Source of the DNA: Botryllus schlosseri
Lineage: Eukaryota
DNA length: 64,000 bases
Reading direction: 5' to 3'
Assembly (NCBI GenBank): GCA_051294905.1
Contig: CM119375.1
Coordinates: 26,102,001 to 26,166,000 of the forward strand
Part shown: in pieces, positions 29,101-39,175 of the stretch
Layout: each line of letters begins with the position of its first letter
Numbering within the stretch: position 1 is the stretch's first letter
The notes under the pieces: model-generated
Databases searched by the model: none
Told to the model about the DNA's origin: nothing
The model's input: only the letters and a program-made list of their open reading frames with translations
Made by a program: the position numbers and the translations under genes

Positions 29101-32100
29101 TCGTGCGTAGCGGTGAACAAACACGGAACCGTGACGACCACCGCAAACTTAACGATACAAGGTCACTATGCATTAGGTTCAGGGACACACTGTGCCAATT
29201 GGTGAATACCGCCGACCTATTTTCTATTTTCAATGTGAATTCAATGTGAGCCTTGTTGTCTAATGAAATGAATAGGTATGGTAGAAATAGTCCCATCAAA
29301 TTATCTTTAATGTGTTGTCAATTTTGGCATCATGTTTTGTGGTAGCAAAAGTTATTTGTTTGAGCTTCACCTATCATTCTTACTGTTATGGGATTATACT
29401 TAATGCCACTCGAATCAGCCTTACCTATTGCACTAGTAATAGTAATGTCGTTTGTTAGGATTGTCAAATGTCCCAGACCCTGATAGCATTCCTGGCCATT
29501 CATGGTCCGGAACTATTCAACAGGTGCCCCCGGTACGGTCTTGAAACCGAAAATTGTCAAATCGTCCAAAGGCAGCGTCACGGTCGTGTGGGACCCGCCC
29601 ACAGAAAAAGGAAACTTGCCCGTCACAGGCTACACCCTCGAGTATATCCAAGCCGGGAGTAAAAAGTGGCAGAAGATTCGCGTCTCAGACGTGGACAACA
29701 CTTCCTACCTCGTCGAAGACCTGCCCCCGGGGGTGCTGTATAAGTTCCGGGTGATCGCGCACAATTCGGCCGGCGACAGCAGGCCGTCCGAGCTATCGCA
29801 GCCGGCAGTCGTTCCGTTGCAAAAATGTGAGTAGAAATGCTTTGGTGTGGCGACCTGCTGGAGCCCTGCCTGCAAAATAGAGCTGTGGAGTCAAAGTGTC
29901 ATTACATATTCTCTTGATGGAGTCGCTCTTTGGATCTTTGTGTTGGCGTCTGTCCGACTGTCCCGTTGTTTTTCAGCTCATGACAACAAGAAAGACGGTC
30001 TCTCGTGGAAAAGCGATTTGGAGATTCATTATTCGTGCACTCAACTGGTGGCGCGCGGTCGCTTTTCTGTCGTGCAGGAATTGGTTTCCATTTCGTCCGG
30101 CAATGTGTTCGCAGGTTCGCATCTACGGTTTGGATTCAGGAATGTGTGCTACGATCAAAAATCCATGAGATTGAGAAAATAACTGGCTAAAACTCGGTAT
30201 TTTAGGCGAATTCTATTACGAAGTACAGTGATTTGCAGTGCGCATTCGCTTTTTCTAATGCCACATTTAATTTAGAATTCCCTACCAATATCCCATTCGA
30301 CACTGCTAAAGCTGTTAACTATCACTTTTTGCCGATGTTCGCCAATGTTCAAAAGATATGACATCTGGCTTAAACTGCGTACTAAAACTTAGAGCATTTC
30401 GACAGCCATTGCTGAGCATGAAATAAAGTAGAAGCACTGCATATAGGCAGCTGTGTAAGCTATGAGAAATAGATTAACATTCTCAGTCGGGCAGTCGCAG
30501 ATTATAAGTCTCAAACTCTCTGCTGCCATGCTGTGATGTCACAAAAATTGCCTCTGTTGCCCGATATCTACATTTCATTCAAGCGTTTGGAAATTGTAAT
30601 ATCTAACGAGTGTAAATTCGAACCGTTTCAGGTAAATTCCTGAACAAAAAAGGCTCGTCGAAGGAGGACGCCGAAAAAGAAGTGAACATTTTGGTGAAAA
30701 TCAAAAAATCCGAGCGTTTTCTTCCGGTGCAGGATATTTTCATTTCGCCGCTGGCGTACGCCATCATTTTTCCAATGTGAGTAGGGAATCCACGATTTTA
30801 GGCCATAGTATCACCGCCATAGACTGAATCGATGTCGTTTTGAATTAGGATGACTGGCGGAAAGCTATTCGAGTATCTCGTCCGTCAGAAAACTGTCGAA
30901 GTATCAATTCTGGGCACAATCACGTCGCAAATGCTCACCGCCGTCAGCCATCTGCACGCGCAGGACATTGTGCATCTCGATATCAAGGTTTGTTCAGTTA
31001 AGCAATCGTTTTTTTAGAGTTATCAGTAAGGTGTGATTTCCGTGCTGCTATGAAATCGGCAGGTGTTTTTTTCTGTTTGAGTGTACTTCATTGAAGAAGT
31101 TTGACGTGGTCGAATTAGGTTAGATATCAAATTTTCATCACGAAAGTTGAATTTGTCTCATATCCACTGCGAGATAGGTCTCTGTGAATGTAGAAATAGA
31201 CTTCTGTATATAAGAGTCTGCGAGACGCTTCAAAAAGTGTCTCGTTTTTATCCCGCAATTGTCAATCACATTTCACCATGCATTTCCCCATTTTAAAATT
31301 TCCGACATCCCGTTCGTAGCCCGAAAACATCCTGCTCCGATCAAACTCTCCACGCCCGGACGTGGTCCTTGTCGATTTCGGAGACGCCGTGCAATTGAAA
31401 AGGGGAAGCAACGTGACCCATCAGGTGCTGGGATCGCCAGAATTCGCCGCGCCCGAGATTCTGCGAGGGAAGTACGTCACCCCGGCCGCCGACGTTTGGA
31501 GCGTGGCCGTCGTGGTTTATTCTATGTGAGTTTTGACGCGAATCTTTATCTAAAACGATGGGTTTCGGCAATTCGAATTCCGTTCAGGTTCAGCGGGTTT
31601 TCTCCATTCTTCGACGACAGCATTGACGAGATGTGCTCGAATATTTGTAACGATAATTTTGGGTTCCCAGACGGATATTTTTCGTTGGCGCCTCGCCTGG
31701 TGAGTAACAATATAATAATTTATAGACACTGGGGGTTGTTCACAAATAATTTTTCTTCAGGATTCCGGAGATTCAATGATTAAATTGTTAGTTTGCCTAA
31801 AAAAATGCTGCACACGAAATTTGGATCGATTCCAACGAGAAGATGTGAACGCACAGGAGTTCTAAAATTTTGAATTTATTATAAGAAATTTTCATTTTAT
31901 AACTTCAGAATTTTCGAACTCCTGTGCCTTCACAGTTGAAATTGAGCCAAATTCAGCGTACGGCGTTTTTTTTGACAACATAACAAGTTAATCAGTAAAT
32001 CCCCGTAATCCGAAGAAAAGTGATTGGTGAACAACCCTAATAGACAGCCTCATGTAACAATATATCATTCCTACCCTAGGACAGGTACACACAAAGGCAC

Positions 32101-33219
32101 TACAATACAGAAAAGTATCAAAGTGTGACTTTATCATAAGTATCCGTTAGACTTGTTTACTATATTGCTTACTGTTCAAATTTTCTCGCTGCGTTTTGAT
32201 ATACCTCTGAACAATCTTTGGCGGAAGTGACAGCGCAAATTCAGAAGTCGATTTGTGTTTGAAGATATCTGTTGCGTATTTGATTCAAAACTGTTTTATC
32301 ACTGGTTTCGACTTTTTCTGTAGTATCGCGAAATTGTGGCACTTGAACAGCAGAAGTCAGCCAGGTAAAACGTTCACTTAGTTCTACAATAATAATGAAA
32401 AACCTTTGAGTTGTAAAATCAACTCATCCATTTGCAGTACTCAAATCATTTTGCCCACTTCAGCTCTGGTTGCTGTAGCGTTTATGGATTTAGGATGATG
32501 CCACTTCTGCTTAGGAATTTTCTGTTTTTAGCCGAAACCCGATTGGCGCTCTGGTGCTTTTCTTATTTCTTATGTTTCGCAGGTCAATTAATTTTTGACT
32601 CTCTCCTTCCAGGCCAAAGATTTTATAAAATCGATACTCGTGCAATCGCCGTCGGCCCGTCCCTCGGCTAAAAGTGCGCTTAAACACAAATGGCTGACTA
32701 ACGACCCCTCGCCGAATCGTAAACAAACGCTATTTCCCACCAATCACCTGGCGCTCTTTACAGAAAGGCGGAAATATCAGGTAATGGCGGTTTTACGACA
32801 CATATGAGTAGTATGGTAATTGATGCTTTGTGGGTTTTATTCTAGTCGAGTGCTTTAATGATAGATCATTATAGATATAGATATGACACATGGGACTGCA
32901 CGGTTGGGCAACCATTGGCTAGCAATTTCTAGTAGCTTAGTATACACTAGCTGCGGTAATGGTAGCGTGATAGCTTGCAAATCGAGCACAAAATTTATTG
33001 AAAGTTTCGCACGATACAGCTCTCCTGTAGGGTTTTCGGGAAAAGCTTAAATTAGGTTAGAATTAAAATCAGTGCATAAAAACATTTCACACATCAGATT
33101 AAAATTATGTGACCGTCCAAGTCTGTTCCATATATTAGTTGTTGTATACTTTATTATAGCGGCTAATTATCTCCTTTTCATTGCAGCACACCGCAGTACC
33201 TGTGCCGACATTTCGATGA
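14175..33219 (+). CDS. TRIO: Trio/Kalirin-family RhoGEF-kinase, 3' part (30 coding exons; N-terminal Sec14/spectrin/GEF1 part not recognised in this window)
   Basis: Manually spliced GT-AG exons, every junction phase-compatible: 14175-14285, 14940-15031, 15944-16099, 17015-17134, 18450-18539, 18600-18698, 19141-19298, 20436-20505, 20570-20749, 21119-21247, 21309-21493, 21648-21826, 21979-22077, 23485-24090, 24639-24975, 26092-26319, 26457-26526, 26960-27071, 27312-27639, 28306(or 28303)-28381, 28489-28649, 29022-29161, 29524-29826, 29977-30114, 30632-30776, 30849-30987, 31320-31525, 31588-31699, 32613-32780, 33187-33219 ([10 protein letters not shown]-stop). The domain order DH-PH-SH3-Ig-FN3-kinase is diagnostic of Trio/Kalirin. 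The symbol marks the family; orthology to TRIO versus KALRN is not resolved. Confidence 0.93.
15548..15615 (+). repeat. Degenerate hammerhead-bearing repeat copy in a Trio intron
   Basis: tactagttgctgacgattaccc TTGACAA G-tgtcaac-C AAAA TTAT T C AGGTatatttcaatatgaa. Confidence 0.7.
18600..21247 (+). CDS. Trio/Kalirin second DH (RhoGEF) domain exons
   Basis: [79 protein letters not shown]: classic DH motifs matching the Trio GEF2 domain. Confidence 0.95.
20800..20890 (-). repeat. Hammerhead-bearing repeat copy in a Trio intron (minus strand)
   Basis: The reverse complement reads ctctactcgttgctgacgataaacc CTGAAGA G-tatcatc-C GAAA ACAT T T GGGTTTAT...attcaattg. Confidence 0.75.
21010..21050 (+). 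repeat. Internally deleted hammerhead-bearing repeat copy
   Basis: tagttgctgacgattaccc CAGATGA gtg is joined directly to ttattcaatt. The GAAA/stem III part is missing. Confidence 0.6.
21309..21826 (+). CDS. Trio/Kalirin second PH domain exons
   Basis: [15 protein letters not shown]...[16 protein letters not shown]...FTYKNSIK...[18 protein letters not shown], directly after the DH domain. Confidence 0.92.
22032..22058 (+). repeat. (AAT/AAC)9 trinucleotide tract encoding poly-Asn in a Trio exon
   Basis: AAC AAT AAT AAT AAT AAC AAC AAC AAT, in frame within exon 21979-22077. Confidence 0.9.
22197..23350. mobile_element. ~1.15-kb palindromic foldback element with telomere-like G-rich and C-rich arms in a Trio intron
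   Basis: The outer ~140 bp at each end are inverted copies (gcgcttcttcgatatacgcctgagatc...ttttataaacgtcaaaat versus attttgacgtttataaaa...gatctcaggcgtatatcgaagaagcgc). The inner arms are ~65-90-bp units rich in GGGTTAGGG (left) and CCCTAACCC (right). Polarity flips near 22853. Confidence 0.85.
22349..22568. mobile_element. hAT-type MITE nested in the left arm of the telomere-like foldback
   Basis: TIR CAGACTTGGACAACTAGA / TCTAGTTGTCCAAGTCTG. The 8-bp flanks GTTGGAGG and GTTGGGGG match 7/8. It has an internal tandem duplication, and a related fragment lies near 345-460. Confidence 0.75.
25005..25481. mobile_element. Degenerate member of the TAGGGTTGTTC MITE family in a Trio intron
   Basis: Starts TAGGGTTGTTC. 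The right part (aactcctgtgcgttcaca...aatcagtgaatccc...gaacaac) resembles 31915-32039. Confidence 0.55.
26960..27639 (+). CDS. Trio/Kalirin second SH3 domain exons
   Basis: [54 protein letters not shown]. Confidence 0.9.
27147..27222 (+). repeat. Hammerhead-bearing repeat copy in a Trio intron (core intact, C17->U, stem I damaged)
   Basis: ttctctactagttactgaccattgacc CTGACGA G-tgtctgc-C GAAA ATAT T T ...attcaattg. Confidence 0.75.
27725..28160. mobile_element. Tc1/mariner-type MITE in a Trio intron
   Basis: TIR CACTGGTCAACA / TGTTGACCAGTG. TA follows the right end and AA precedes the left end. Confidence 0.6.
28489..29826 (+). CDS. Ig-like (I-set) and fibronectin type III domain exons
   Basis: Ig: [18 protein letters not shown] ... 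[25 protein letters not shown]3: SVTVVWDPP...YTLEY...[28 protein letters not shown]. Confidence 0.92.
29977..33219 (+). CDS. C-terminal CAMK-group Ser/Thr kinase domain exons
   Basis: ARGRFSVV glycine loop, AGK with catalytic Lys, [35 protein letters not shown]. All key catalytic residues are present. Confidence 0.93.
31730..32039. mobile_element. Palindromic hAT-type MITE in a Trio kinase-region intron
   Basis: TGGGGGTTGTTCAC...GTGAACAACCCTA termini. Flanks ATAGACAC / ATAGACAG match 7/8. The internal segment tgcacacgaaatttgg resembles the 481-1146 element. Confidence 0.75.
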
Positions 33220-34337
33220 TGATAATCGTCGACGAACCTTTATCCATTCGCCCTTACTGTATTTTTTACCACGATTTTCACTGTTTGCATTTCGATACCC
33301 GTTCTGTAAGATTATCCTCGTCCTGACCCGTGCATTTCAGTGTGTTTTCTTCGCGGGCCTGATTTCACTCAGCCTCAGACTTCCAGTCACTGTTTTGAGT
33401 GGATTGACGATGTAGAGCTTCTTGATGTAAAGTATTTTGGTATAAAGCGGTTTGATTTCAAAGTGTTTTCATGTTGAAGCGTCTTGTTGAACATGTTTTG
33501 ATGTTAAATAGTCTGAATTCGCGACGTTTCATCGCCACCCAACAATCGTTACTGTATGCCCCTATCTCTCATGTGTACATGTCATCTTACGGTATCGATT
33601 TTACGTTTTACGGAAGTTTTTATGCGTGAAAATGTAACATGTTACTGCGTGTCGACTTTGCTCTCAGTTCACCGATCAAGACGGATACCTACTTGTTATT
33701 TTTTTCTTTATTCTGTGCTTTCATGCAATTCTGCCGATTGTCTATTTTTCTTACTTGCTCCCGAGTATCTTTTCTTTTTCGCTGCGTTGACTTTCATTCG
33801 GTTAGGCCACACTCGTATTTAATTGCTGTAATCATTCGTTATTACTCTGAATGAGTCAATATACAGAAAAAAACACTTGTGTTGGTGTGGCTGCAGGTGA
33901 AGGGATTGCCTTAAATATATTTATTAAACAGTACACGGTAATGGCGGTGTCCGGTCAATACCGAAAAAACCGTTACCGAGAATCAATACTACAGAGAATA
34001 GAGATAACCGAGAATGCAATATATGCAATGTAGGTGTTCTAAACAAATGCCTTCTTTTGAAAACTTTTTTTTAACATTGTATAATTATGTCATAATCGCG
34101 TAAATACTTTCGAGAAACATGCAATGTATGAGCCTACGTACGATATGCAGAATGCACCCAACATAGACGACGTGTACGATATGGAGTGGCTGGAACCCTC
34201 GAAATCGTCGTCGGTTCAACAGTTATAGGAAGTAGATATAGATCATTGGTACGAAATGGGTGTTCTGATGATGACCGCCAACCGTAAAAATGCTGCATAA
34301 CGATGTAGTCCTTGTTAAAGATATTTGAGGTCTGTTT

Positions 34338-35285
34338 ATCAATCAATCAGGTTTATTAATATTTTCATCGTTTCAAATCATCACAAGACTACGATACAAT
34401 GAAAAGATAGGAAGGTGTCGAAATGTAGTAGCCATTAAGATCAGACAACCACCTTAGCCTAGGCGAAGAAAATAAGAGGCATGCTCACTGAATGAAAAGT
34501 AATGCAGAGAATATAAGACGCAAGCGACAAAATGAGGTGGCATGTGGCGGAGGGCGAGGTCGTGGTCCGGTAGTATTGATTTAGAAGAAATTGCTTTTAT
34601 TTCGACTTGAATGCGGACATGCCCGACGACTGTCGGATAGCCGGCGAGATGCTGTTCCACAATTGGGGTCCGGCATACTTGATAGAGCAATGCGTTTTCT
34701 TGTATTCAGTCCTGATCATATGGTAGTTGTTCTTCGTTGACGCGCGTGTGCTGTACTCTGCGCTTTTGTCTCCGAGGTGAAGTAGTTGAAATTTGAGGGA
34801 TATTGACCGCAATGGAACTGATACATAAACTTGACAATTTCTAGCTTCCTCATATCTTCTAAGTTTAGAACACCAAATGTTTTGAGAAGCGATTTATCAG
34901 TTGCACATCCTGGCCCCCGTGGGGCGTTGGCAATGATACGGATGATCTGATGTTGAAGTTTTTGCAGTGGGTCAATTGTATTCTTGCAGGCAGCACCCCA
35001 ACAAAGAATTCCGTATTGTAACTTTGATAGGAATAGAGTGTTGAAGAGTATCAACAGCACGCTGACTGGCAGAGTGTAGCTAAGGCGGCGAAATAGACCA
35101 CATACCTTCGATAGTTGTGATTGTATGTGACTCTTCCAGGACATGTCCGAATCCAGTCAAACACCAAGGTATTTGACATTTTTAGTGTTGGAAATTGGTT
35201 GGCCAGCGATGTCAACGGTTAGGTTATCGCAGGAGATCTCGACCAATAATTGAGATTTCGCAGCGTTAACACGAAGGCTATTGGG
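34338..35285 (-). mobile_element. 5'-truncated, frameshifted L2/CR1-group non-LTR retrotransposon (RT C-terminus plus 3' UTR)
   Basis: Minus strand gives KYLGV.LDSDMSWKSHI...LFNTLFLSKLQYGILCWG...LQKLQHQIIRII, then SIKYAGPQLWNSI...SAFKSK in another frame. It ends in an (ATTG)n tail at 34338-34349. Confidence 0.88.
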
Positions 35286-35324
35286 ACGTCCACTCATGCA
35301 CATTGGGCATTTGATCACGGGTGA

Positions 35325-35430
35325 CGGTGGTCGGAAGCCCTTTTCGTTGAAGGAGGCATATTTACCCTACATTTTCAATTGCCAATGCAAATCCACTGTG
35401 ACGTCACAAATAGAGAGTTGTGATGTCATC
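35325..35430 (+). repeat. hAT-end repeat shared in inverted orientation with 45220-45305
   Basis: cggtggtcggaagcccttttcgttgaaggag...ttttcaattgccaatgcaaatccactgtgacgtcaca matches the reverse complement of 45220-45305. Confidence 0.65.
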
Positions 35431-37904
35431 GGTAAAACTATAAAACATGTTATAAACTTAACATGGGCCACGTGTGTTTTATATTCATTTTTAAGTTAGC
35501 CCAAATATGACGGAGAAGTTTCGTTGATACCAATCACAGTGGACTTTTTTGTAGGACGTGATTAGTGATTTGATTACGCATTTGAGAACCTAAATTAACA
35601 TGTACAATTTGCGGTCATAACTGCGACGCAAGAATAACAGACTGCAGATAAATGTTTCGACTGGGTTGGGAAAAAATCTAGACCTGAGCGATTCGAGTCC
35701 GAATCGAGTAAGGCCGTGTTATTTTTGGCATTTCGGGAACTAAATGCCAAAACTGCCAAAATTAAAAATTTTAAAATGTCAAAAATAAGACTGCTTGAAA
35801 TACAGATTTTTATGAAAGATTTAGATAAAAATGTCAACAAGAATCGTCAGGAGTTTGTATGAAGCGACGAAACAAGTGTGTAAAGCAGAATTCATGAATT
35901 ATAGGGTCCGTGGATCCTTCGTTGATCCGCAGATGACTATAATCCAAAGGATCCGTGAAAGGTGAATAAAAAGGCCAAAAAGTACAGTGATTAAATTTGG
36001 ATATACGAACAATCCGTGGATTGTTCAATCCAGCGATTTGGAAATAGATGATATCCAGCGTTAGGAAAGTAGATAATATTAAGCGATTAGGAAGAAGATG
36101 ATCTCTATGCACGCCAAAGCAGTGATCAGGATATTTCGAAATGCTGTGATAGCGGGCCCTTGTTTTCAAATTTAGCGCGATTAAAATGTATTTTCCTGTT
36201 CAACAATGCTCATGCATTTTGTTACATATCATGTAACCGCCACGAGCGACCCTGGGCGGATTTAGCTCAATGTGCATAATGCCAAATTCCAATTCCCCTG
36301 TATCTTGCAATTGAAAACTGTATCCATGTTCATTGTTCAATAACTCATAGACTGTGTCACGTTGTCCAACAGGGACATATAGTTTTATCGATAAACAGAC
36401 ATGGTGCAAAAGGCCGACGGATCTACCATACACACATATGTACATTCAGTCCTTTTCTAGTTTTTCATTACCAGGTGGATATTTTTTTCATATTATAAAT
36501 ATTGATTTTTAAAGTCACTCATTATTTCTAACAATTGGTTGGGCAGTGAAGGCTGCGATCCAAACGTCCCAGAAACCCGTTTGAATTGTTATCATAAGTA
36601 TTGTGACCTCAGTGAATGCCGGCAATTTTGCACGCATAATGAATCGACTATTGAGAATATATAGTGCAGAAGAAATCGGTTTTGTATCTGGTAAATTTGG
36701 TCTCCAACATCGTTTTCAATTCAGATTTAAATCTTACTGTTTGATGGCACAGTGTGGATATTGCATGTTTTGTGACTTCCGTTTCACAAGAAAGACCAAA
36801 CTGAAGTGCTTTACATGGTTCATTTGAGTCTATATAGATATGAATTCATGGCGATGCCAAAACTGCCAAAAGTAAAATCTGAAAAATGGCAGATAAGCGA
36901 TTTTTGGCATATACCAAAAGTAGCACGGCCTGAGTATGATGCTTCGAGTATTCGAGAGTCTTTCAATATGACATCCAGATGTGTACACTGTACATTTTAC
37001 ACGATCACGAAGTATGCCATGCCAGTTACGCTTATGTCCATAAATTATTTTGATTTGCTCAAAGTAACATGTAGGGATGGTGTGAACGTGAGGTTCACGT
37101 TCGCGTTCTGTGTGTGAACCTTGGAAATTTAGAGGTTCACGTTCACAATCGAACCTTGGTACGTTCTGCACTGTGGAGCTTTTTCATACGTTACAATTTT
37201 CACTACATTAACATCTCTTTGGTTGAAATTTATTTCATTTCAACTGCGGTCCTCTCTATGCATGGCGCTGGCAGCATAAACAAACGAGCATGAACCTTGA
37301 AAATTTCCAAAATTTTAATCGCCTTGTTTCGAAAGTTTGCTCGAAATATCCAGCTTAACGTTTGGGAACACTTGGGGACACTCTGGTGTGAGCGTGACCC
37401 GCAACCACACAACATCAAGAGCGAATGGCACTACATTTAGTAGTCAGCGAATCATGCTTATTCAACCCATCAATGATATTTATATCGTTGTCTGATGTAA
37501 AAAATCTAGCAGGCGTACAGGATCCATCTTGATTTCATATGTTTATTGTATCATAAGATCCAAATCCGTTCGATTGGGGAGTTGGCTACTGCTGTATAAG
37601 TTATTAATGGGGTAATATCGGCAGCAAGTGTAAAAACCCGTTTTACACTATGCTCAATATCAATGTAGCAATACTCAGACACCGAATGCATTTTCCGTTC
37701 TGGCCGTAAGCGTATATTCCCTTGCAAGTCCTCGTAGAACTTGTTGGTAGAGCGACGGAAGATATTGATTTTATGGGATTATTATATCATCTGATTGTCC
37801 CTGTTGATACATTTGGTGACATTTAAAACGCCAATATGTACTTCAGCATTGCGATATTATGTGGCCAGAGTCGTCGCTAGGTATCGTGTACATTATTATA
37901 GGCC

Positions 37905-39027
37905 CAGTGGTTGGGAACCTTTTTCGACCAAAGAACAATATTGGCCCAATATTTTAAATCGTCACTCCGAAAGAGCCATACACATCAATCAAATGTTGCG
38001 TCACAATTGAACATCCGTGACGTATTGGTAGCACTAATATATGGGATTCGTAGTGTGCGCCATATTTTTCTGCCCACATGAATAGGTGGTGCCAAACATG
38101 GTCACTACAGCAGTACATATACCTACCGTGTGATACGTCAGCGACGTGGGGTTAGGGGAGGCAACTGAGGCAGTGCCTCTAAAGTCGTCAGGGATGATTG
38201 AAGGAAAATTGTGAACCCTTCAATGATTAATGTTATCTTCTATCGATGTTTATGAATGACTAGATCTTAAACATTTTTATTCCCAAAATCACGGAATTTT
38301 CATATTTATTGTTCGAAAATAAAGCGCGAAAGGAGAGGTCAAAGGCTCAGATGAGGCACAGACGAGCCACGACTCACCTGTGACAGCGCAACCCATCGTC
38401 AATGCTTAGAAATTATAATCACTGATATTAATCAGATATAATTTTCGCGCGGAATCTGAATATCTAAGTATTGATCGCCTTCTAAAATATATGGCATAAC
38501 GTAACGTTGCGTTACACACCTACATTTTACGGTGGTGCTAGAAAGCTACTAACCATTCAAGAAATGGATAGAGTTGTTTTTATTTATTTGAATTTGTAAT
38601 TGTGAATGTCACTTCCCAGGCATTTTATTTCTAGGCATAAGATCAGGCAGACAATGTGTATTTCAAAACTGCATTGTCCTACTCCTACAAGTGTCGCCAC
38701 TTTTACTACTCTAGTTCGTCAATCAAGGTATCGTGCAATCCACGATTTCTAGGCTCGCGATGGTGGGCATATCGAATTTGTGAGTGGTGTTAGTCGCCGG
38801 TGCGACAGCAACTTAAATTTGGGGATTTTGAAAAGAGGGCGGTTCTGCCCTCAACCCTGGATACCCCACCGCCTTGACCTCTCAAAGACATGTTCGTGCT
38901 GCCACGAGAATACAAGAAGTTGCTACAATATTGATAAATTATGTGCAAAGTTAAAGATTTCTCAAAGAGCCATATCTTATACCCAAAAGAGCCATATGGG
39001 TCGCGAGCAATAAGTTCCCGACCACTG
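37905..39027. mobile_element. hAT (Charlie-like) non-autonomous element
   Basis: TIR CAGTGGTTGGGAACCT / AAGTTCCCGACCACTG. TATAGGC occurs at 37897-37903 and 39029-39035, each one base from a terminus. Confidence 0.7.
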
Positions 39028-39175
39028 ATATAGGCTATCGCTTCACTGCAATTTAGGGTTGGAATTAGCAATATGACGTCACATGACGTCATGAGGTTCA
39101 CACCATCCCTAGTAGTAACATCTCATTGAGATGTGAGATAATACTAAAGGTAGGTCGCTACTGTACACTGTACAA

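Noticed and set aside
33197-33326. Alternative terminal acceptor (ccgcag/TAC) giving [10 protein letters not shown]...
   Set aside because: The upstream acceptor gives [10 protein letters not shown], which aligns with the Trio/Kalirin C-terminal pattern after ERRKxQ. The alternative shows no such similarity.
35834-36445. Minus-strand ORFs of 111 and 81 aa that look protein-like
   Set aside because: They are interrupted by a stop and carry no motif I can identify. They may be a decayed element but are not callable.
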